A stretch of 62,478 nt of DNA, the filler included. It is 11 parts of 11 records of this genome, joined end to end, with 100 filler letters (N's around TTAATTAATTAA, not from the genome) between each part and the next. Parts side by side here need not be neighbours in the genome. Positions count along the whole stretch, not along the records: positions 54,169 to 58,166 come from SRR15195285_1916; positions 58,267 to 62,478 come from SRR15195285_1918; 9 more parts are not named here. One strand, written 5' to 3'. The notes under the pieces are model-generated. The model saw nothing but the letters and a program-made list of their open reading frames with translations. It was not told where the DNA came from and did no database searches. Positions 54,689-62,478 of this stretch are shown piece after piece (positions within the stretch are counted from its first letter, which is position 1; each line of letters opens with the position of its first letter). The position numbers and the translations under genes are program-made.

Positions 54689-57600
54689 ATGGCGGTGCAG
54701 GTGGCGGTGGCTGCCTATGCGTACGCGCCCACGAACACGGGCGATCTCACACTGCAGCAGGGCGACAGAATCGAGGTGCGCTCAGTGACACCCACGACCC
54801 AGGAAGGCCAGCTCAAAGCACAGCCTGCGGCTGCCCTGGTCAGTGCACACTTATAGTGTGCATAAAGAGTGGGTGCGATGACTGGGGGAATTTCCCGTCA
54901 GTCCGTAGACGTCAATTTTCAGAGCGGCTGGAGGGTCGAATTTGGGTAATTGTAGAGCTGACCTGAGGGTCCGCTGGCACAGATCGATGGTCGTGCTGAG
55001 AGGCATTTCGTTGTGTCAGGTACACTCACCGACTGCGGAGCTCATTGCGAAGTTTGGGCCATTTGGTGATGGCGATGGCTGGGCTTGCGGGACGCTTCTC
55101 TCGACCGGGCAGCAGGGAATGTTCCCCGAGGCGTATGTGAAGATGCTCCCGCCAGAGGCGGCTCCAGAGGCTGAGGCACCCGCTCCTGCCGTAGCCGCAG
55201 CTGTTGTGAGCGAAGCACCACCACCAAAGCCAAAGAAAAAGCGGGGCTTTAAGGCAGCTGGGAACGCTGCTAGGTTGGCTGCGAAGATGGCCACGAAAGC
55301 AAAGACGGCGGCCGTTGGCGGCGGCGACGGCGGCGGAGATGGTGACGGCAGCTGTGGCAAGTGTTCGAAGGGCTGCTTCGTTTATGGAGAACAGCATCCA
55401 GAATTTGCGGCTGTGGGCCACCTTGAGGACTGGAGCTGCGACATTTGCGGCGCGGAGTTCGTCAACCCGGAGCAGACGTTGACTGGCTACGAGAACCTCT
55501 ACGCTTGCCATACGTTTGAAAAATGTGACTGGATAGCGTGCGGTAAGTCCAACTCAGGTTGTTAGGGAGAGATGACTTTTGCATCGTCCTGGTGACATGT
55601 CATCCCTTTCGTCTGAATCTTCTTCCTGTGATGCCTTACAGCTGCCTGTGTCCGGGCTCCACCCGGCGACCCACCTGCCAGCACCCTCACTCCTGCACCT
55701 GCTTCGGCTCCTGCTTCAGCTCCGGCTCCTGTAGCGGACAGCGATGCAGCTAAGCAGCGAGCAGAAGTGACAGCTCTGTACCGAAAATTCAACCCGGAAA
55801 AGCTGCAGGACATTGACACCCTAATGGCGAAGTATGGTGGAAAATTCCTGCTTGAAATGGTGCAGAAGAAGTATGGCAAGTACATGGCTGGTTACCACTG
55901 CACAGAATGCGACCCGCGCAAACACCTCATTGAGTATTCCGAGATGCATCCGTGTTATAACGAAATGGGCGACGTACATATCGGAGATTGGGACTGCGAT
56001 GTTTGCGCTGACACATTCCAGGATGTGCCGTTCTTCGCTTGTGCCTCTTTCACAGACTGCGTTTTCAAGTCCTGCAAAGGCTGCCTGGAGACATGTTGGG
56101 TGCCTGAACCTGACGACGTGGAAGGGCCCGCGGAACAGTCGAGTATAGCTACACAGCCTGAGCAGAGTGCTTCTGCTCCTGCTGCTGGACCACTGGACCT
56201 GTCGAAGATCTCGCAGTGCCGTAACTGCAGTCAGGTGTTGCTGCCATACAATCAGGACCACCCGTCGTTCGCAGAGATTGATGCGATTCCAGAATGGGAC
56301 TGTGACGTTTGCAGGCTCTCGAAAGGTGAGCAGGATCGGCTTTTTGCTTGCAGCACATTCGCAGATTGTGACTTCTGTGCATGCGAGGGTTGCATCGACC
56401 CAACCACAGTAAATATTCCAGTCGGTACTATGATTCCCACAGCTGCACCGGCGTTGGAACCGGCCAAGTCAGCTGCATCTCGGTGGAAAATGGCAGGCAA
56501 GGCCGCCCAACCGACTGCGTCGATGTCCCTCAGTTCGGCTGTCAAGGCAGTCGCTTCAGGTGCAATCGTAGCGAAGCGTAATTGTGACAAATGTGGACGT
56601 GGGTTGACTAGGTTCTGCCAGGAGCACCCACAGTTTGATGAGCTGGGTGGCTGGTCTGAGCCGGACTGGACTTGTGATATTTGCGAACAGGAGTTTCAAT
56701 TTGGTCTCGAGGCGACGGTTCAATGCTATGTTTGCATTGATTTTGCGAATTGTGACTGGGGGTGCTGCACGAGCTGCGCGCAGACGGCTTCGAGCAAGGG
56801 AGAAGTCATAATGTCTGGGCTGATCAAAAAATCGAGTGCTGGCAAGAAGGACCAGTTTGGCAACGAAGTGAAGTCAAAGAAAAAAGTTAGCTGGAAGAAT
56901 CGCTGGCTTGTGCTGTCCTCTTGTGCTCGACCAGGTGCTCTCGACGGTGAGCTTGATGCTATGTTGCGGTACTACAAAAGTCACAGGGACTTCATCGCTG
57001 GCAAAGATGCTCTAGGAGAGATACGTCTTGTCGCAAGCGAGACTGGTGCACAGCTTGGGCCAGAATCGAACGGTTTCATTGTCACGGCACCAGCGCGCGA
57101 CTTCGTCTGCCAGGTTCCAACGACTGACAGCACCGAACTGACGACTGCTGAGATGGAAGCAAAAAAGTGGGTGGCAGCTGTCACGAAGACTATTGATCAG
57201 ACGATCGCGCAAGCTGCAGCACCCGAGTTAGCTGAAGGAGGAATCCCAGGCGCACGCTGGCCACCCACCACTCCTGGCGCACAGCAGATGTATGCAACAT
57301 CCGCTCAAGAGCAAGATGCCTTTAAGCGGTGCATCAATGTGCTAAAGGCCGGAGCTGCACTTGACACACAAATGAAGTCGGTGGAGACTCCGAACACAGA
57401 AGCTTACATAGAGACGATTGAGACTTACACATATGCAGTGTCGCTAGTAGACGAGGCATGTGTTGTCAACCCCAACCCGCAAGTTGTTCAGAAGCTCGGG
57501 GAAAAGAAGAGCGTCGTGATCAAGCGGATGCAAGATCTGGAAGACCGACTGGCGAAGTTGGAGGGACATATGACTCCACCTGCACCCACCGCGACGATAG

Positions 57601-58166
57601 CAGCAGGAGCAGGGGCCGCATCGGTAGCTCCTGAGCTGGCTCCGGCACCAATGATGCACACACAGTCAGGACAAGGAGAATCACTTGCTGACGCAGGACG
57701 GAGCACAGGTCTTGATAAGTCAATGCAGCCAGGGGCAGATGGAGCTTTCAGTATGGCATCTGCAACGTCCGTGAAAGCAATAGCGGGAAAGTGGGCAAAG
57801 AAGAAAAGAAAGAAACAGTCCATCGTGGAAGATGACCCACCTCCACCCCCGCCAGAAGAATCAGACGAAGACCCACCACCGCCACCACCTCTGTCCGGAA
57901 CTGACGCCCAGTCTTCCACGATCTTCGATGATCAGCCGTTACCCGCTCTAACTCCTGCCACAGCAGCCAAGATGTCTGTCGACCAGCTTCAAGCACACGT
58001 GCAGAATCTTCAAAGTCGACTCGCCTCTGGAGTGGTTAATGAAGCCAGCACACTGGCTACAGAACTCGATATGCTGACTGGGATGCTCGACGCGAGAATA
58101 GCAATGGGTGCAATAGAGGCGCCAGCTCCTTCGCCACCCCAGCCGGCGCCTCAACAGGCGCCACTG
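54689..58166 (+). CDS. Multidomain scaffold: SH3 + 4 Cys8 zinc-finger repeats + NPxK helical domain + PH + MIT-like + poly-Pro (3' truncated)
   Basis: SH3 (AAYAY..DLTLQQGDRIE|V..GW..GMFPEAYV) and PH (SGLIKK..SWKNRWLVL..LRYY..GEIRL..KWVAAV). Introns 54776-55019 and 55543-55641. Confidence 0.8.
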
Positions 58167-58266
58167 NNNNNNNNNNNNNNNNNNNNNNNNNNNNNNNNNN
58201 NNNNNNNNNNTTAATTAATTAANNNNNNNNNNNNNNNNNNNNNNNNNNNNNNNNNNNNNNNNNNNN
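58167..58266. other. Artificial contig linker
   Basis: N44-TTAATTAATTAA-N44. Confidence 0.98.
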
Positions 58267-58581
58267 CATAGTGGCCTTTGCCATCTCTGACTCACAGACA
58301 GGCCCTTACCGACTACCTGTACCTTTCCCTCATTGATTAATTGTGCACCCCGACCCCAGAACCACATTGTGATGGCTCAGGCGGCAACCCGCGTGCGCGA
58401 ACGCCGGCCGCCGAACGCCGCCGGCGGCCGCCATCAGCACCCGCGCGCCGCGGCCCGGGGGGACGACGGAAACACCTCGAACACGTTTTCGCCGCGAACG
58501 TCTCACTCATCGATCGCGATATCGCGTGTCACGGCCGTCCGCATACAGATGTCCACGCAAGCAAGCCGGCGCGGCGCAGGG

Positions 58582-59985
58582 ATGAGTTGGGCTAACGTCC
58601 TCCTGTTCGCCGTTGTGACCACTACCACGGCCACATGGCAGTCTGCATCTGCAGTGGACGCGCCGCCACCACCACCAAATTTGGTCTTCATGCTCATCGA
58701 TGTGCGATAAATCTTGATTCGTGTCTCATCAGACGCCTCCCGGCAGCGCGCCGAGCCAGAGCCCGTCGCTCCGTCAACAAACAGCGTTACCTGTGCCTCT
58801 ATGTGGTTGCAGGACCTGGGGTGGAATGACATTGGGTTCCATAACCCTCGATCCGCAAGGCTCCACCACCGCAATCGACTCGCTATCGCTTCTTGGAATG
58901 CTGTTCAGCCAGACCAGATCGCCACGCACCTCGATTGTGCACGAGTCACTGCCTGGTGAAACCCCCGGTATCGCATCGTTTGGCAAGATTCGTTCAGGAG
59001 ATTGGCAATCTTTACCTTGGCAACCCCGGTGAGTGTCCCCCCTCCTCCTCTCTTCTTCCCCTGCGGCCCCTGTCCGTAAACCGACTGAATTCAGTTGGCG
59101 ATATTCGTCCGGTTGAAAGGTTACGGTGGCTATCCACAGCCCGGCTGTGAGGGAAAGCCGCCCGATCCGTCGCCGGCCGCATGTAGTGAAGTTCCCTGCC
59201 TGTTCAACGTCACCGCCGACATATCCGAGAAGGTGCGTTTCCAAAATCAGCCTTTCCAAAGAAGTCTTAGTTTTGCGTCGTTGATTCAGACTCGAAGAGA
59301 GACATCACTTGTGGAACAGATCGACGTGGCATCACAAAATCCAGACGTTGTGAAGCGTTTGCTGGGGGAGCTTGGGACGTTCAGCTGGCAGTGCCCAGAC
59401 GACCTCTGCACTGTCGATTCCTTCAGTGGCACGGCCAACATTTGCGCTTCGCTCACCGCGTACGGTTCTTTTGGTCCATTCGCTGATTTGCCACCTCCAC
59501 CACCAAGCCCGCCAGTTGTCGGCGGGGTAGTATTTCAGCATGGCAACGAGTGCCTCGTTCTCAATGGCAAGGGGCTGATCCTAGGTGACTGTGAGACAGT
59601 GGGGGCGCAGTGGTTGCTCAAGCAGACCGAGAACATTGTCGACCCAGAGCGTGGAAAGCAACAAGTCCCAACACTGGGTAGTGCAGCGCTGGACCCCGGA
59701 CTCTGCCTCCATCTCGACCATCATGACAAAAACAACACGTGTGATGGTACCCCAGGCACCAACCACCCAGTCATGGGCAGTTGTGGCCATGGGAATGGCT
59801 TCAATTTCACACAAACTGAAGGCAAAAGTGGCAGGCTCGAGATCCTCGAGTGTCCCAACTGGGGAGCTGAAGGGGCGTGTCTAGTATCATATCCCTCGCT
59901 AGTAGCCAGCACAGGTGCAAGTGTGGTTCGCGCCGGGGCATGCGACGCCACGGCCGCGCTCTGGACTAAGGCGAAGAAGGCCTAA
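58582..59985 (+). pseudogene. Arylsulfatase B-like sulfatase with ricin-B-like C-terminus; catalytic core deleted and frameshifted
   Basis: Signal peptide and PNLVFMLID|DLGWNDIGFHN, then an out-of-frame jump at ~58849 to C-terminal motifs (IDSLSL..SPRTSIVH..IRSGDW). A second +1 shift occurs at ~59006, followed by CLFNVTADISE. There is no CxPxR motif. Confidence 0.7.
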
Positions 59986-60057
59986 CCATTTTAATTGATT
60001 TTTAAATGAAATTGTTGGCCATTTTCTTGGCTTGCACTGGTCGTTGATGTCGGCGGT

Positions 60058-62378
60058 TTAGGTGCTGAGACGATCATAGTGAGCCTGACTCCAGCGGCGG
60101 ATCATTTCTTCCTCCTTCTTTCTTGCGAAGATGACTGACTCCGGGTCGCCTTCCGTCGGAAACATCAGGTCCAAGTGGTGACCACCGTTGGCGATAGGCA
60201 GCGCGATGGATGATCCGTCCGATGACAAGTTTTGGACTGGAGGTCCGGCGATACCTCCTGCAAACGCGTAGTGCCCACCGCCGCTCCATGGATCTAACGC
60301 GCCATTGCTCCAAACGATATTTGTATAAAGCGTCTGGTTCATCTCGTGGTAGTATGCAGCAATCCAATCGCCGTGACTGTGAACGCTCTGTGGGCCACCG
60401 TAGAGCCCTCTTGCAGCAAACGCATCTGTGCATGCCGGATGAAGCTCCAAGTCCTCCGGACCTCTGATTGTTTCCGCTGACCACGAGCGATTCTGGTTCG
60501 GAGGCCACCAGCTGTCACCACCGACACCGCGGACCTGTGTCGCGGCGAGATGCATATTCTCATTGCACGTTACTAATCCCCAAGACATCCCACTGCTATG
60601 TGTTCCGTTGCAGACTTTCGGCGGCTTTTTGCGCGTAGATACCGGACAAGGCGGGCAGTGCTCGCACGGTGGACAGCCGTCGCCATTACTTTGAGGTTCG
60701 TCAGCGACCACAGCTGCGTCAGTGCCAGACCAGTCCAACGCGAAGCGACGCGCGTGCGCAGCTGCCAGCTCCTGGGACAATCTGTCGCTCTCCTCGCCAT
60801 AGCACTGATCTTTGCCCGTAATGTTCGCCAGCACGGCATTGAACCCCACGTAACCAGCGATAAGCTCAGCAACCTTTGAATCATCGATCTGCTGCTTCGT
60901 CAGATCTTTCCCGTTGCCAGTCACATTCATCCAATCGATATCCAGCTCGAAGGCTCCCATCGTCAGCTTGTATTTGACATTCGCAAGGTCACCATCGATC
61001 TTGATCCCTGTCCCGTTTTGGGGTCCAATGGTTTTGGTGGAGCTTGCAAGACTACAATTATTTTCTGCAGAAAACTTTTCAACATTTCTTACCAAGGTCC
61101 TCATTGAGACCTGCCGCGCAGCCGACTCGTGTTGGCCATGCCGGAAAAGGAATGTCAATACCCATCGAGAACGGAATGTAGGTGCTAGCAAACGGATAAT
61201 TGCCTTCGGCCATAAAGAAGCAGTTGATGCCACCCCAGCTAAGCAGGTCTGCACCCGACTTGAACTCAGCACCTTCACACCGCCGCGCCGCCCTATTCAT
61301 CACATCCAAACCGTAGTCGCTTTGGCCGATGAATTCTGCGAGCTGATGAATGCTTCGGAAGTTTGTGAAGCAGTTGTCTGTCGCCCCTCCAGCCTTGGAC
61401 ATCCCACGCCCGATGGCTTCCCATCCGCCTTTGTAGTTGGAGGTGTCGGCAGATGCAACCATTCGGACAGGAGCTGAAGCAGCGATGCTGCCTGCGACCA
61501 CGTCTGGCCGTGCAATGCGAAACCAACCCGCTAGCATGCCACCATACGATCCACCGAACGCAATAACTGGGGCCTGCGTCTTGTACTCCTTCTTGAGAGC
61601 CGCAATGAGAGCGGCGTAGTCAGCGAGCGCTTGCGCTGTAGTTCCCCCAGCAACACAGTCCTCCTCGCCGTCCATGTTAGGGAAAGAGTCACCTTCGTAC
61701 CGGTGCTCAGCAAAGACAACTAGGCAGCCCATTTCCTTCGCTAGGTTCCACATGAGTCCCGTGTTGTTGACATACTCCTCGACGGGCGACTCGTTGCCAG
61801 TGTAGAACAGAATCGGCGCCATCTCGTCCGTGTCAGACTTGAAGCCAGCGGCGCGCGCCGTGGCAAAATAGCCATCGTAGAGGCAATAACGCTCCCGATA
61901 GGTGGGTGGCGCCGGTGCTGACGGATCGGCGAAGTGATCGAGCGGCTGGTCGATGTAACGCCAGGTGCAGTTGAGCCTGTAAGCACAGCGGCCACGAACA
62001 GCCGCAATTGGAGCTTTGGAGCGTCAGCAAATGCTGCAGAACTGAAGTCATTTTCAGAGGCTTAGTAGAGATTAGTGGACTGCGAAGTCGACAGGCAGCG
62101 GCACTGCCCACATATAGCTAAGGGACGCTAGTGACGCAACAATGGAAATGGCATTTCGCGTCGTTGTCTCCCCAGGAGACGTGGACGGACCCCGTGGATG
62201 CTAGGCGGACCCCGTGGGCAGGGTTGGGCGTTTTCAGGGATCTCGCGACGCACGAGGAGGGCTGCGCCGCGCCCTCCTTCCACAGTGGGCGGAAGGAGCC
62301 AGACAGGGCTGCGTCAACAGTTAATAAGCAGCTCGGAGCCAACCCGAGAGACGCAAGAAGCCCACAGACGGACTTCAT
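60058..62378 (-). CDS. Serine peptidase S28 (lysosomal Pro-X carboxypeptidase/DPP7-like), 3 exons
   Basis: Signal peptide, QPLDHF, FYTGNE, FAEHRYEG, QALADYA, GGSYGG nucleophile, SNGALDPW and HHLDL. An intron at ~61010-61092 joins the two ORFs. Confidence 0.9.
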
Positions 62379-62478
62379 CGCAGCGTTGCGTTCAGTCGCC
62401 GAACGTACGCGAGGTACTGCTCAAGTGCAACTTGGGGATTCGCTGCTATATGGTACACAAAGTCCCATTCAATTCTCA

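Noticed and set aside
10886..58266. Regularly recurring TTAATTAATTAA flanked by Ns (CRISPR-like or piggyBac TTAA-like)
   Set aside because: These are identical 100-bp artificial linkers with stops in all six frames and are not biological. Apparent gene clusters across them are meaningless.
61079..61278. Apparent frameshift between two overlapping S28 peptidase ORFs
   Set aside because: It is resolved by a canonical GTAAG...ACAG intron (EDLG|IKIDG).
1..62478. tRNA, rRNA, snRNA genes, selenoprotein TGA readthrough, or an alternative genetic code
   Set aside because: No cloverleaf or rRNA signatures were seen by eye. In-frame stops in genes are explained by introns under the standard code, except in the sulfatase.

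Overview
This window is not one locus. It is 11 short eukaryotic contigs joined by ten artificial 100-bp linkers (N44-TTAATTAATTAA-N44), so gene order across a linker means nothing. The genome is gene-dense and moderately GC-rich, with short GT-AG introns (about 70-250 nt, often GTGCG/GTAAG/GTGAG donors) and CGCG-rich promoters. This suggests a flagellated protist, probably a SAG or MAG; the lineage cannot be fixed from the sequence alone. About 26 genes are recognisable: a CatSper-type channel, a sulfotransferase, two PhyH dioxygenases, a HisN-type IMPase, MATE, a C1A protease, F-box, a Lon-N domain protein, an EF-hand PPP phosphatase, a giant calpain-EF-PLAT protein, CobW/COG0523, SPX-EXS, PH, AN1 zinc finger, GH43-like, GH20, GT41-like, PA-domain, MSH5, an SH3-4xZnF-PH-MIT scaffold, a broken sulfatase and an S28 peptidase. 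I found no rRNA, tRNA, CRISPR array or transposase. The most notable observations are: (1) meiotic MSH5 with a ~135-aa in-frame domain insertion flanked by Cys/His; (2) a PBZ-VIM-AN1-AN1-NZF-SIM putative p97 adaptor; (3) a four-fold repeated 8-Cys zinc module; (4) an SPX domain lacking its inositol-phosphate-binding lysines; (5) a GH20 with altered catalytic residues; (6) a sulfatase missing its whole catalytic core; (7) a palindromic repeat element shared between two contigs. All domain calls come from motif recognition by eye, not from database searches.
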